64,000 nt of DNA from Candidatus Bruticola sp. (GCA_051874735.1 JBJEGD010000026.1:1-64000), one strand, 5' to 3'; shown: positions 1 to 10,531, counted from the first letter of the stretch. Translations and numbers: made by a program. Notes: generated by a model from the letters alone, not told the origin.

Positions 1-118
1 AGGGATTAGATATTTGTTGGTAAAAATTGGCGGAAGTTTTATAGTATGTTGATTTTAAGCGAGGTTTTTGGTGAACGCACTGTTCCTCAAATGGAGCAGA
101 TGTTCAGCTAAAATTGGT

Positions 119-1063
119 ATGTCAGAAAATACAGTTACAGATTATGCAGTTTTAGACAATTGGTTAAGCTATCCGCAAGAGCATATTCATGAGGCTGATA
201 CTATTTATTTTTGTCCTACTTGTTATGCTCCTGAAGACAAAGATGCCCCTCTAGTTTGCGATGTAAGCAATAGATCCATGCGGTCTAATGCAGAAAAGTA
301 TCGCCGGTTACAAGCTTCAGTTTTTACTGAATCTACCGATGTATTTATTCCGTTTTATCGTCAGTGCAACGCTTTCAGCGCCGGTAAACTGAGTCAGGAA
401 GAGGAATCAAAGTTATACGAAGGGGCTCCTCGTCAAGATATATTTGCCTCTTTAGATCATTATTTTAGCAAAGTTAATAAAGGGCGTCCTTTTTTTCTGG
501 CTGGTCATTCGCAGGGATCGCTAATGGCTCTTTATGCTCTTACTATGTATTTTTATCAGCATCCTGATTATTACCAACGTATGGTTGCTGCTTATGTTAT
601 AGGCTTTGGTGTTTTTAATGATATTTTGAAAAAGTGTCCATTTCTCAAAATGGCTCAGGGAGCTGATGATACGGGGGTAATTATTTCCTACAATACTGAG
701 GGGCCGGAAAACATTCATCATAAGAGCGTAGTTCTTCCGCCCGGATCTATAGCTATAAATCCACTTAACTGGCGTACTGATGAAACTTATGCTCCTATAA
801 GTCTAAACAAGGGATCTTTATATATGGACAAAGGCGGAAACTGCAGCATTGGCAAACCCATGGCTGATGCCCAAATTTGTTTGAGTAGAGGGTCTGTTAT
901 TTGCCGCAGTTTGGATAATCCGAATATTTATCACTCACGCCATGTATCCAGCTTTGGTCCAGCTAGTTACCACTCTATGGATTATAGTTTTTACTATGTT
1001 AATCTTAGGGAGAACGTAGCTTTGCGTTTAAACAAATATTTGGAAAAGATGAAAGATTTGTAA
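119..1063 (+). CDS. DUF3089-family alpha/beta hydrolase
   Basis: GHSQG nucleophile motif plus PFYRQ, INPLNW and C-terminal YHxxDY motifs typical of DUF3089. ATG at 119 is preferred over the ORF-track start at 68. Confidence 0.8.
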   Translation: MSENTVTDYAVLDNWLSYPQEHIHEADTIYFCPTCYAPEDKDAPLVCDVSNRSMRSNAEKYRRLQASVFTESTDVFIPFYRQCNAFSAGKLSQEEESKLYEGAPRQDIFASLDHYFSKVNKGRPFFLAGHSQGSLMALYALTMYFYQHPDYYQRMVAAYVIGFGVFNDILKKCPFLKMAQGADDTGVIISYNTEGPENIHHKSVVLPPGSIAINPLNWRTDETYAPISLNKGSLYMDKGGNCSIGKPMADAQICLSRGSVICRSLDNPNIYHSRHVSSFGPASYHSMDYSFYYVNLRENVALRLNKYLEKMKDL

Positions 1064-1088
1064 GATATATTAATACTGAGGACAGTAG

Positions 1089-2195
1089 CTATTCTATAGA
1101 ATTATCTTCTTCTTCGATGGCACTTTGATCAGCAGTTTTAGTGAATTCTCCTATAAGTACGCTGGCGTAACTTCCTGAAGGCAGAGTGAACCTAAAGACA
1201 GGATCTCCATCTAAGGAAGAAATTTCCAAATCTTCTATTTTTAGGCGGGTGCGTCGGCGGCTTCCTTCTGCTTTGAGCGGCCTAAACTCTTCGAGTTTAA
1301 GATCATATTTGTCTAATATTTTTTGCTCTCTAGCTAAAGCTTCTCTTTGGGATTTGAACATTTTATAGCCGAAGATTGGACCTAATGGAGATATTTCAAA
1401 ATTGTCCAATCTAGGCTGTTCTTTTTCCGGTTCATTTGAATAAAAGATGCCGCCTTGCGGAAGTTTTCCAAAAACGTCGCCGCATATAGCCCGATCAAAA
1501 AGGCCATCTTTAATGCGTTCGTTTAGCCATTCATTAAACATTTCTGACTGTAAAGCAGAAATGAGTAGCCACTTGCGCCATTTAGGACCAAAAATTCGCC
1601 CGCTTTTCAGCCCTTTTAAACCTACTTCAGCATTGTTTCCTTCTCTCCCGAAACGTTGAGGTCCGTAAAAATTAGCAAAACCATTTTTTATGAGAGCTTG
1701 GCGGATCAATTCAGCTGATTCTTGCCAATTAGGTAAACAATGGCGCAGACGTATGGTAAAGCGGTTGCCTTTTAAATGGCCTGTGCGAAGTTTATTATTA
1801 TGCAAGCCCAAAATTTTCAATTTAAACGTTAAATTTTCAGGAATAATCAAGCTTTTTTCTAGCTTCTCAGGCATCGTTAGCTGGTTGGTGCTAAGGGATG
1901 AAACTCCAGATTTTAAAGGCCAAAGAGCAGTAGGAACAGAAAATCTTTGGCTGGTTACAGCCTGTCTGTCCTTCATGCCGGCATATCCTATATCAGAAGA
2001 TTTTATATTTAATGAAGCCGCTAACTCACTGACAGCGGCTTGGGTAGTTATTTGGCGTTTAACTATTTCTATAAATATATGCTCTCCCTGATGGCTTAAA
2101 TCGTAGGCGGGTATCTCTTCTACTACGAAATCTTCAGGATAAGTGCGCATAACTCCGCCTATGCCTGGCAAATTTTCTGTGATATAGGTTGTCAT
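1089..2195 (-). CDS. truD: tRNA pseudouridine(13) synthase TruD
   Basis: PEDFVVEE, GYAGMKDRQAVTSQ, GNRFTIRLR, NFYGPQRFG and FTLPSGSYA motifs. Confidence 0.95.
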   Translation of the reverse strand: MTTYITENLPGIGGVMRTYPEDFVVEEIPAYDLSHQGEHIFIEIVKRQITTQAAVSELAASLNIKSSDIGYAGMKDRQAVTSQRFSVPTALWPLKSGVSSLSTNQLTMPEKLEKSLIIPENLTFKLKILGLHNNKLRTGHLKGNRFTIRLRHCLPNWQESAELIRQALIKNGFANFYGPQRFGREGNNAEVGLKGLKSGRIFGPKWRKWLLISALQSEMFNEWLNERIKDGLFDRAICGDVFGKLPQGGIFYSNEPEKEQPRLDNFEISPLGPIFGYKMFKSQREALAREQKILDKYDLKLEEFRPLKAEGSRRRTRLKIEDLEISSLDGDPVFRFTLPSGSYASVLIGEFTKTADQSAIEEEDNSIE

Positions 2196-2407
2196 AAAAA
2201 TATTTATTCTCTCCCTGTGTGCGTGAAACGCCTCCTATTCTTTAGGAATTCTTTAATTCCTAGATTTGAAATTTTTTAGGTTAGCTTGTATACAAAGCAG
2301 TCGCTCAAAACCCCCTAAAAAGGGGAGGATTTTAACTTTTTTTCTCGTAATTCGCACCTGCGTTGTGCGTAAAATGGGGTATCTAATAGCTAGCGTGTTG
2401 GAGGCGT

Positions 2408-5400
2408 TTGATGGCTGCAATCGGCACTCAATCTTTGAGTCAATTAGTCAAGGTAAATATAGCTCAGAAGACAGAATTTGATTTATATCATGCTATCAAC
2501 GGCTCTGACGATGCTTTTTTAGGCAGCTGGTTTAAGCCGCTGTCTCCTCAACTGGAGGCGCTTAAAGCAGCTGCTAGAAGTTCAGTTAAAGGCGGTACAA
2601 TACTCTTAACTGGAGCTTACGGAGTAGGCAAAACTAGTCTTCTGGCCCTTTTAGGCAAGCTTCTTTCGATGAATGCTTCCTCGGAAGAGTTTAATTATGT
2701 TCTTTCTATTTTAGGTGATATTGCAGCTGTAAAAATCTTCAGTGAGTTGCGCTCCAGTTATAGTCCATGGCTGACAGTAGTACCTAAATTGGGTAAAGCT
2801 GGAACAGACTTTGCTACCTTAATGAAATCGGCTTTGCGTTCTTCCTTGTTGGATAAGAAGCTAAGTTTTTCTATAGATCCAAATCTTAGTTTAGAAGAAT
2901 TTTACAAAAAGGCCGTAGGTTTTGTCCGCCAGAACAATTTTGAGGGCATTTTGATTCTTTTCGATGAAGCTGATGCTTTAGTTGAAAAAGTACTTAAAAA
3001 CGATAATTCGGTCAGTGATTTGCGGGAGTTCTGCAGTTTCTGTCGCCAGGATGCCTCTTCAATTCTTTTTATTACTTGTGTGAACACTGAAATCAACCGC
3101 TTTTCCTTGGAAGAAGAAGATCAAGCGGTTGCGGTATTCTCCAAAGTTCAATCTGTTTCCATAATTGGTGGTATTGGAGAATGGGAGAGTTTTGTTAGTT
3201 CTTCCATTATTGATCATACTAAGGGCGAGTTATGGGATGCCCTAATAGACTATAAAGATCTTCGCAGCGTTGCCGAAGGTCTTATTCAGTCAGGCCTTTA
3301 TAAAGGCTGCTCGGAAAAATGGATCACTGAGACTGTTATGCAGGGGAACTATCCTCTTCATCCTGCCGTAGCTTTCTCTTTGCCGAGAGTAGCTTTAGTT
3401 ATGGCTGGTGCAGGCAAGACCGCTTTTAATTTCTTCTGTGATGCTGCTCCTGGTGGTTTCCTCTACTTCTTGCGCAATTTCGCTATTGTACAGCCTAATG
3501 GACGTCTCCATCTTTACACTCTCGATTCTCTTTTCACTTACTTTGAGAAAGTTTTTTCAGCAGATCCTGCTAATGCTGAGTACATAAAAGGGCTCAATAA
3601 GTCTATTATGATCGCGGGTGATATTCCTCAAGCTCGCCGTATTTTACGTTTGACCCTTTTAATTCAGTTAATTGCTCACGATCGATTTAAGAGCACTGAG
3701 GAAAATATTCTCTGGTCTATGCATTTAGGCGAAAAAGAGACAAAAGTCGCCAGTCATAGTCTGCAGCTGCTCAGAGAAAAGAAAGCTCTTGAGTTTAATG
3801 AAAAGACAGGCGAATACTCCTTGCCCATCGAGCGGCGCAAAGTTACTTTGAGTGAGGCGGTCTCGCGCATGCGCAATCGCGTGCGTTCTCAGCTCGATGT
3901 CTGTTCAATTATTAAAAATGGTTTGTCATTCAATAAAATAGAGGCTGAAGACTTTAACAGAGATTATTATACAGATCGTTTTGCCAGAGTTAGTGTGGCC
4001 TTAGCTTCAGAACTTGACGATCCTGTTAAATACATGAGCGAATTCGCCAGTAGTTTTGAACAGATACGTCCTTATCGAGGTGATCTCTGTTTCTTTATAG
4101 TGGTGCCAGAAACTGAAGAAGAGCTGCATCGTTTAAAACAACTGGTTGAAGATGGTATTTTCAAGCATGAGCGGCTTGTTTTTGCAATTCTAAAAGATAC
4201 AGTGCCCATTTCTAAAGAAGCTCTTGACTTCTTAGCTATAGAGAAGGTCTGCTCTGTAGAAGTTCCTTTCTGCGATCCTGCTTCAGCCGAACATGAAAAG
4301 GCAGTGGCTCTTATGGAAGAGAGCAAACAAATTTTAGAGGCTTCAGTTGCTCATATTGCTAACACTGAAAATCTCATTATTTATCATAATGGTGAAGTTT
4401 ACACCGACTTTGATATAGACAGCATCTTCAGGTTGATAGATAAGGCTATTGCCTCTTTAATTGGGCAGCCTCCTATGCTTAGTAATGGAGATCTTCTCAG
4501 TCTCCATGATGGAGGTATGGCCAGGCGTTTTAGACAAAATTTAATCTCTTATATCTTAGGATGCCGCGGTCCTATAGCCTTGCGTTATAATAACCGCAGT
4601 TTACTGAATATTATTCAGTCTGCCTTTGTGGAGACAGGTCTTTTGGCAGCTGAGGGAACTGGTGGAAGCTGGCACTACTTCCACTTAGTTAAAGGTGAGT
4701 CTAACTCCCAAATAGCTAAGGGTTACGCTTTCTTGTGTTCAGAAATTTTAGGCTCGCCCGGTTCTGTGTGCAGCACTGAGGTCAGTAAGGTAGTCAAAAC
4801 TTTAACTAGCGCCCCCTACGGATTTACTCCCGCTTTAATTGAACTTCTCCTTGCTCTGGCTTTCTGGCAGTTTCGTGATTATTTAGTTTTGCATAAAAAC
4901 TTGATTAGATCTCGTTTAGAACACTCCAATGAGGAACTGCAGGAAGTGCCTTTAAGCGCCAAGGTACTGTTCGATTTAGTGAGTGATCCCTCTGATTGGG
5001 AGATAACTTTTACCGATTGCACTCCTGAGCAGCTTGTCTATTTACATGGTTTGGCCGCTCTCTCTTCAGTGAATGCTGAGGGAGAGAGATCTATGTGGAG
5101 AATAGCTGGTAAGTCTCTGCTGGCTTTTTATAAAGGTTTGTCAGTCTCTTCTCGTTCAGCAGGCGCTTCTGGTGATGAAGAAGTTGAAAAACTGCGTACT
5201 CTTTTGGAGCAAAACAGCGGTGAAATTTATACCAGATATAGGGTGCTTCTGGAAGTGTCTATTCCTGAAGTTTTAGGTTTCGGCGCCAATTTTGACTGGG
5301 CGACCGATGCTAGTAAACTTTTGAATAGACTGAAAAATATGCTGCATGTTTTGGAAGATATACCTCATCAGCGGGCTGCCTCTCTCTGTTCCGCTTTGCA

Positions 5401-6502
5401 CAGCGTATTCGCTTCTCACGAAGGCGGCGATGACAGCTCTTCTTGGTATTCGTGTGCTTCTGCTTGGTACAGCAGTAATGCTTCCCTTTTTGAAGGAAAT
5501 CAAAAGTGGGCTGAAGAGCTCAAATCGTTGGCAGCGGTTGCTGAGTGCACCAATGATAATGAAGCTTTAAAGGTTCTCCTGCATTCGTTGGATTATCTTC
5601 CAGTTGAGGAATGGAAAACTGACAGCAATAACGAGATTATCGAGCGCTTCCGAGCAATGCGTCAAGATATTGAGTGGGGCAGTTATCGTAGTTCTTGTGT
5701 GCTTCCTTCAGAGACTGCTGCCGCTTATGGGATAATTAAGTCTGTTTTATGTAGCGCTTCTCCCCAAGATTTAGAAGCTTTCTTGGGCACTGAATTGGAG
5801 TGGGCTGTTTGGCCTGAAAAAGTTATTAGTGAACTTAGAAAAACTGATGATGTAGCTGATTATGGCGATTTAGATGAATGGACATACGCCGGTCCAGCTT
5901 CTCCGGTTATTCAGGCTGCTCGTTTGCAAGATTTGCAGCAGAACAGTGCTATTGAGGAAAAGATAGAGGCTCTTGACTTTGAGGACGAAATAGACTTAGA
6001 AGATAGCTCTGAGGTTGAGTTTGGTGAAGATAAGGATTATATTGATCGGATAGCTGAGCAAAGTAATGTTTCCGATCAAGTTGAGCCATCTGCACCTACT
6101 ATTGAACAGCCTGTCATTGAGCAGCCTGCCGTCGAACGGCCTATCATTGAACAGCCTGCCGTCGAACGGCCTGTCATTGAGCAGCCTGCCGTCGAACGGC
6201 CTATCATTGAACAGCCTGTCATTGAACAAACTGCTGAGTTAGCGGCTTCCGAAGATGCTAAAATTGTTGAAGTATCTCCTGATAAAGAAGAAGCTGCTGC
6301 GGAAGCGGGTGTGGAAGTTGAAGCTCAAGCAGAAGCAAAAAACGTATCTGAAATAGATAGTGTTGTAGAAGTTGAAAGTCAAGATAATATAACTGATAAT
6401 AAATCTGAAGCGAGTGATAAAGTTCAGACCGAAAGCTCATCTGATAATGATTCTTGGGCCAATGAATTCGATTTAGATGAGTCCACCCTTCAGTGGTTGT
6501 AA
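2408..6502 (+). CDS. large P-loop ATPase-like protein (DUF6079/BrxC-like N-terminal region) with acidic, repeat-containing C-terminal tail
   Basis: Walker A GAYGVGKT, Walker B ILFDEAD and YPLHP motif. 1364 aa; roughly the last 200 aa are acidic low-complexity. Family assignment is by motif resemblance only. Confidence 0.55.
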   Translation: MMAAIGTQSLSQLVKVNIAQKTEFDLYHAINGSDDAFLGSWFKPLSPQLEALKAAARSSVKGGTILLTGAYGVGKTSLLALLGKLLSMNASSEEFNYVLSILGDIAAVKIFSELRSSYSPWLTVVPKLGKAGTDFATLMKSALRSSLLDKKLSFSIDPNLSLEEFYKKAVGFVRQNNFEGILILFDEADALVEKVLKNDNSVSDLREFCSFCRQDASSILFITCVNTEINRFSLEEEDQAVAVFSKVQSVSIIGGIGEWESFVSSSIIDHTKGELWDALIDYKDLRSVAEGLIQSGLYKGCSEKWITETVMQGNYPLHPAVAFSLPRVALVMAGAGKTAFNFFCDAAPGGFLYFLRNFAIVQPNGRLHLYTLDSLFTYFEKVFSADPANAEYIKGLNKSIMIAGDIPQARRILRLTLLIQLIAHDRFKSTEENILWSMHLGEKETKVASHSLQLLREKKALEFNEKTGEYSLPIERRKVTLSEAVSRMRNRVRSQLDVCSIIKNGLSFNKIEAEDFNRDYYTDRFARVSVALASELDDPVKYMSEFASSFEQIRPYRGDLCFFIVVPETEEELHRLKQLVEDGIFKHERLVFAILKDTVPISKEALDFLAIEKVCSVEVPFCDPASAEHEKAVALMEESKQILEASVAHIANTENLIIYHNGEVYTDFDIDSIFRLIDKAIASLIGQPPMLSNGDLLSLHDGGMARRFRQNLISYILGCRGPIALRYNNRSLLNIIQSAFVETGLLAAEGTGGSWHYFHLVKGESNSQIAKGYAFLCSEILGSPGSVCSTEVSKVVKTLTSAPYGFTPALIELLLALAFWQFRDYLVLHKNLIRSRLEHSNEELQEVPLSAKVLFDLVSDPSDWEITFTDCTPEQLVYLHGLAALSSVNAEGERSMWRIAGKSLLAFYKGLSVSSRSAGASGDEEVEKLRTLLEQNSGEIYTRYRVLLEVSIPEVLGFGANFDWATDASKLLNRLKNMLHVLEDIPHQRAASLCSALHSVFASHEGGDDSSSWYSCASAWYSSNASLFEGNQKWAEELKSLAAVAECTNDNEALKVLLHSLDYLPVEEWKTDSNNEIIERFRAMRQDIEWGSYRSSCVLPSETAAAYGIIKSVLCSASPQDLEAFLGTELEWAVWPEKVISELRKTDDVADYGDLDEWTYAGPASPVIQAARLQDLQQNSAIEEKIEALDFEDEIDLEDSSEVEFGEDKDYIDRIAEQSNVSDQVEPSAPTIEQPVIEQPAVERPIIEQPAVERPVIEQPAVERPIIEQPVIEQTAELAASEDAKIVEVSPDKEEAAAEAGVEVEAQAEAKNVSEIDSVVEVESQDNITDNKSEASDKVQTESSSDNDSWANEFDLDESTLQWL
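6101..6228 (+). repeat. coding tandem repeat, 15-bp unit, about 8.5 copies, with 30/60-bp higher-order period (IEQPA/VERPI)
   Basis: Units attgaacagcctgtc, attgagcagcctgcc and gtcgaacggcctatc alternate, read directly from the sequence. Confidence 0.95.
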
Positions 6503-6549
6503 TTTGTTAGGGGGAATTGCATTATTGTAATAGTAAGAGGTTTTATGTA

Positions 6550-7797
6550 ATGGCCAAACTAGAAACTATTGCAGCTTTGGATATAGGTACTGGCAAGGTC
6601 GCTTGTGCCATAGCAGAGTTTTCTCGCGACGATGCAGGCTTTGATATATTAGGTAGTGGGTGTTGTGAATGTCACGGACTGGTTAACGGTTCTTTCATCA
6701 ATGTAGATGAAACAGCAGAAGCTATCGAGAAAGCAGTTGGGGAGGCTGAAAAGTCAGGTTACTCTGTTAGTAAGGTGCTTGTAAGTATTTCTAGCGAGGC
6801 TGTTTATTCTACTTATGGAAGTGGAATGGCTGCTTTAACTGGTGCTAGGCCTGGTGTAACCAAAAGAGATATGTCCACAGCTTTTGCTAATGCAAAGCAG
6901 GTTGGAGTTCCGGCTGGATATGAGATCGCTACTGTTGTTCCTCTTAATTTTTTAGTAGATAATGTTAAAGTATTTCACCCTGAGGGGATAGTTGGGCATT
7001 CTTTAGATTCCAAAGCTTACATTTGTTTAGCCTCATCTGTTTATCTACAGAATGTGCGCAATATTTTGGATAAAGTTGGGCTTGAGGTTTATAAAGGAGG
7101 ACTGATTCCTTCTTCTTTAGCCTCATCCTTGGCCGTTTTGTCTGAAGAAGAGCGTCGTCTTGGTGTTATGATGATCGACATGGGATTAGGAACTCTCGAT
7201 TTGGCTATTTGTTCAGATGGTGAGATCGTTTATTCCAGCGTGTTAGGCCGTGGTGGCGATCGTTTAATATTAGACGTTGCTCGCTATTTTAACATAAAGG
7301 AATCTGAAGCTAGCAATTTGATCAGATCTTACGGATGCGCTTGTGCCGATTTGCTCGATGAAGAAGCCAAAGAAAGCGTGTTCGTAGCTGAGTCTGTATC
7401 ACCAGGTATCAATGTAACTATAAGTAAACTCGAGCTTGCTCAAGTTTTGGAAGCTCAGATTAATGAACAGATTGATTGGGTAGAAGAGCAGATGAAACTA
7501 GTCTCGGATAATTTGGGAATTCAAGTTCGTAGTATTGTCCTGACAGGTGGAGCCTCTTTGCTTTCGCTTATTGATAAAAAGTTTCAGAATCGGTTAGGGG
7601 GGACCACGCGTGTGGCTCGTCCCTGTTACCCTTCCCATTTGTCTGAAAAGTTGGCTGATCCTATATACTCTACATTAGTAGGGCTGCTGATTTATGGAGC
7701 AAGCCGCTTGCCTGCTCAGGAACGTCAGAATAATTCTAGCAATCATCCTAGAAATTTAATTCAGAGGATTATTGACTTTTTCTATAGGATGTTTTAG
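6550..7797 (+). CDS. ftsA: cell division protein FtsA
   Basis: ALDIGTGKVAC, AVLSEEERRLGVMMIDMG, IVLTGGASLL, YSTLVGLL and an amphipathic C-terminal helix. ATG at 6550 is preferred. Confidence 0.9.
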   Translation: MAKLETIAALDIGTGKVACAIAEFSRDDAGFDILGSGCCECHGLVNGSFINVDETAEAIEKAVGEAEKSGYSVSKVLVSISSEAVYSTYGSGMAALTGARPGVTKRDMSTAFANAKQVGVPAGYEIATVVPLNFLVDNVKVFHPEGIVGHSLDSKAYICLASSVYLQNVRNILDKVGLEVYKGGLIPSSLASSLAVLSEEERRLGVMMIDMGLGTLDLAICSDGEIVYSSVLGRGGDRLILDVARYFNIKESEASNLIRSYGCACADLLDEEAKESVFVAESVSPGINVTISKLELAQVLEAQINEQIDWVEEQMKLVSDNLGIQVRSIVLTGGASLLSLIDKKFQNRLGGTTRVARPCYPSHLSEKLADPIYSTLVGLLIYGASRLPAQERQNNSSNHPRNLIQRIIDFFYRMF

Positions 7798-7799
7798 AA

Positions 7800-8267
7800 G
7801 TGCACTGTCCATTTTGTGATTATCAAGATACTAAGGTTGTTGATTCTAGGCTATCCGATGACGGAGCTGCTGTACGGCGCCGCCGGGAGTGCGTGTCTTG
7901 TCAAAAGCGTTTTACCACTTATGAACGATGTGAGGGGGTGCCTTTAGTTGTTATTAAGCAAGATGGACGCAAGGTTAATTTCGACAGACAGAAATTGCTG
8001 CGTGGTGTCTTAATGGCTTGCAAGAAAAGGCCTATCCCCTATGAGCGTTTGGAATCTCTATCCAGCCGTGTTGAACAGGAATTGAGAAACAAAGGATTTA
8101 AAGAAGTTCCATCCAGAGTTATTGGTGAGTGTGTAATGAATGCTCTGCGCGATCTGGATGACGTCGCTTATATGCGCTACGCTTCTATATGTAAGAATTT
8201 TAAAGATATTAACAGCTTTTCGGCCGAAATTATGGCATTGAAAAAGCGAGAAAATAGTTCTCTATAA
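7800..8267 (+). CDS. nrdR: transcriptional repressor NrdR
   Basis: MHCPFC...KVVDSR...RRRRECVSCQKRFTTYE zinc ribbon followed by an ATP-cone domain. Confidence 0.97.
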   Translation: MHCPFCDYQDTKVVDSRLSDDGAAVRRRRECVSCQKRFTTYERCEGVPLVVIKQDGRKVNFDRQKLLRGVLMACKKRPIPYERLESLSSRVEQELRNKGFKEVPSRVIGECVMNALRDLDDVAYMRYASICKNFKDINSFSAEIMALKKRENSSL

Positions 8268-8281
8268 GGAGATAAGGTTAC

Positions 8282-9115
8282 ATGAGCAAATCCTCTCTGA
8301 GTGAGATGATTGCGGATGCCGTAAAAGCTATTCGCAAGTACACCGATATCGTTCCTGAAGTCGCTATGATTTTAGGTTCCGGTTTGGGCAGTCTGGCCGA
8401 TCAAGTGGAAAATCCTGTTGAAGTACCTTATAAAGATATTCCAGGTTTCTCAGTTTCTACAGTGCACGGTCATGTAGGGTCTATGGTTCTTGGCACTTTA
8501 GAAGGCCGCTTTGTGGCTATATTAAAAGGTCGTGTTCATTACTATGAGGGTCACAAAATGGAGAACATTATTTTCCCTGTTCGCGTTCTCCACGCTTTGG
8601 GTGCCGATACTTTAGTAGTAACCAATGCTGCTGGGGGTATCCGTGACGATCTTAAGGTCGGCGACCTTATGCTTATTACCGATCATATTAACTTTATGGG
8701 AGCAAATCCTTTAGTTGGTCCTAACGATGAAAAGATCGGCCCCCGTTTTCCGCCTATGTCCAGAGCCTATACTCCCGCTCTTCAGGAATTAGCTCGTAAA
8801 GTAGCTGAGGAAGTAGGCTTTAAGCTTACTGAGGGTGTTTATGTAGCTATGTCAGGGCCTTCATACGAGACTCCTGCTGAAATTCGTATGCTCAAAGGTT
8901 TCGGCGCTGATGTAGTCGGCATGTCAACCGTTCCTGAAACTATTGCTGCAGCTCATTGCGGAATGAAGGTTGTGGGTATTTCCTGCGTTACCAATGTGCT
9001 CCATCATGGCCCTTCCAGTGACACTCATGAAGATGTATTGAGGGCTGCTGCTGAAGCTAAACCTCGCTTTATAAATTTGGTTCGTGGTATCGTAAGGGGG
9101 TTAAATAAACAATGA
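8282..9115 (+). CDS. punA: purine-nucleoside phosphorylase (trimeric, PunA/XapA type)
   Basis: ILGSGLG, GRVHYYEG, TNAAGG, GPSYETPAE, VGMSTVPE and SCVTN motifs. Confidence 0.95.
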   Translation: MSKSSLSEMIADAVKAIRKYTDIVPEVAMILGSGLGSLADQVENPVEVPYKDIPGFSVSTVHGHVGSMVLGTLEGRFVAILKGRVHYYEGHKMENIIFPVRVLHALGADTLVVTNAAGGIRDDLKVGDLMLITDHINFMGANPLVGPNDEKIGPRFPPMSRAYTPALQELARKVAEEVGFKLTEGVYVAMSGPSYETPAEIRMLKGFGADVVGMSTVPETIAAAHCGMKVVGISCVTNVLHHGPSSDTHEDVLRAAAEAKPRFINLVRGIVRGLNKQ

Positions 9116-10422
9116 ATCCTTATCAGTTCATTCTTAAAAAACGCAATGGCGGTGAGCATACTGCTGAAGAAATTCGTGAGTTCATTTTAAATTATGCTGC
9201 CGGCCACGACGTTGAACCTTATCAAATGTCTGCTTGGCTTATGTCAGTTTGGTTCAACGGTATGACCGTTCCGGAATTGTCTGCTCTTACTCAAGCCATG
9301 ATTGATTCCGGCGATGTAGTTGATCTTTCTAGTTTGCCTGGTGTGAAAGTTGATAAGCATTCCACCGGTGGTGTGGGCGATACAACTACTCTTATCTTAG
9401 CTCCTTTGGCTGCTGCTGCAGGAGCTACTGTAGCTAAAATGTCAGGACGCGGTTTAGGCCATACCGGCGGCACTCTCGACAAGCTTGAATCTGTTCCCGG
9501 TCTTCGTACTAATTTGACTTCTCAGGAATTTTTAGACCAGGTTAAGCGCATAGGTGTTGCGGTAATCAGCCAAACTGGCAATTTAGTTCCAGCTGATGGA
9601 AAAATGTACGCTTTGCGCGATGTAACGGCTACAGTCGATTCCATTCCGTTAATTGCCTCTTCAGTAATGAGCAAAAAGATAGCCTGCGGTGCTGAGTGTA
9701 TTCTTCTCGATGTCAAGTATGGTCGCGGCGCTTTTATGACTAATCTTAAAGACGCTCGTGAGTTAGCCCGTCGCATGGTCGATTTGGGAACTCATATCGG
9801 CCGTAGAGTTAGAGCGGTTATTTCCGATATGGATCAGCCTTTAGGTACTCTTATCGGCAATGCTCTCGAAGTTCGCGAAGCAATTGAGATTTTGCGCAAC
9901 GAGCGTCCTGGATCAGCTTTAGAAACCGTTTCTGTAGAGTTGGCCTCCCATCTGTTGGAAATGGCTGGTATATGCCCCGATTTGGATAGCTCTCGTAGCA
10001 AAATTCGTGAATTATTGGTCAATGGCGCCGGTTTACGCAAATTGGGTGAAATGTTCTCCGCTCAGGGAGGCAACGGTGAGGTTGTAAACGATTTATCTTT
10101 GCTGCCTCAGGCTTCTATTATTGAACCTGTTGTCGCTCCTAGATCCGGCTATGTCTCTTCTATACACGCTCAAAAGATAGGCTTTGCCGCTACTGCTTTA
10201 GGCGCTGGCCGGTTGAGAAAAGAAGATTCTATCGATCCTGCTGTGGGTATAGAAATGACTCACAGAGTTGGTTCAAAAATTGAAGCTGGCGAGCCTTTAG
10301 CTATTCTTCACGCTAATAAGCCTGAGACTATTGAGGAAGCTAAACGCTTTATACTTGAGTCTATAGTTATAGGTGATGAGGAAGTTGCTCCTCGCGCCCT
10401 TATTGAAGAAGTCGTCGAGTAA
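9112..10422 (+). CDS. pdp: pyrimidine-nucleoside/thymidine phosphorylase
   Basis: DKHSTGGVGD, KMSGRGLGHTGGTLDKLES and SVMSKK motifs; 4-nt overlap with punA. Confidence 0.95.
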   Translation: MNPYQFILKKRNGGEHTAEEIREFILNYAAGHDVEPYQMSAWLMSVWFNGMTVPELSALTQAMIDSGDVVDLSSLPGVKVDKHSTGGVGDTTTLILAPLAAAAGATVAKMSGRGLGHTGGTLDKLESVPGLRTNLTSQEFLDQVKRIGVAVISQTGNLVPADGKMYALRDVTATVDSIPLIASSVMSKKIACGAECILLDVKYGRGAFMTNLKDARELARRMVDLGTHIGRRVRAVISDMDQPLGTLIGNALEVREAIEILRNERPGSALETVSVELASHLLEMAGICPDLDSSRSKIRELLVNGAGLRKLGEMFSAQGGNGEVVNDLSLLPQASIIEPVVAPRSGYVSSIHAQKIGFAATALGAGRLRKEDSIDPAVGIEMTHRVGSKIEAGEPLAILHANKPETIEEAKRFILESIVIGDEEVAPRALIEEVVE

Positions 10423-10531
10423 TCGACATTCTGTTTAAGCAGTGTTTGGGATGGGGGCAGTGTTTGAGCTTTGTGCCACTAGAATATCTGCTCCCATTAA
10501 CTGTTTCAGAGCGGCCGTTTTGCAAAGGCTG

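Noticed and set aside
6101-6228. Regular repeats as a possible CRISPR array
   Set aside because: The 15-bp units are contiguous with no unique spacers, lie in frame inside a CDS, and there are no cas genes.
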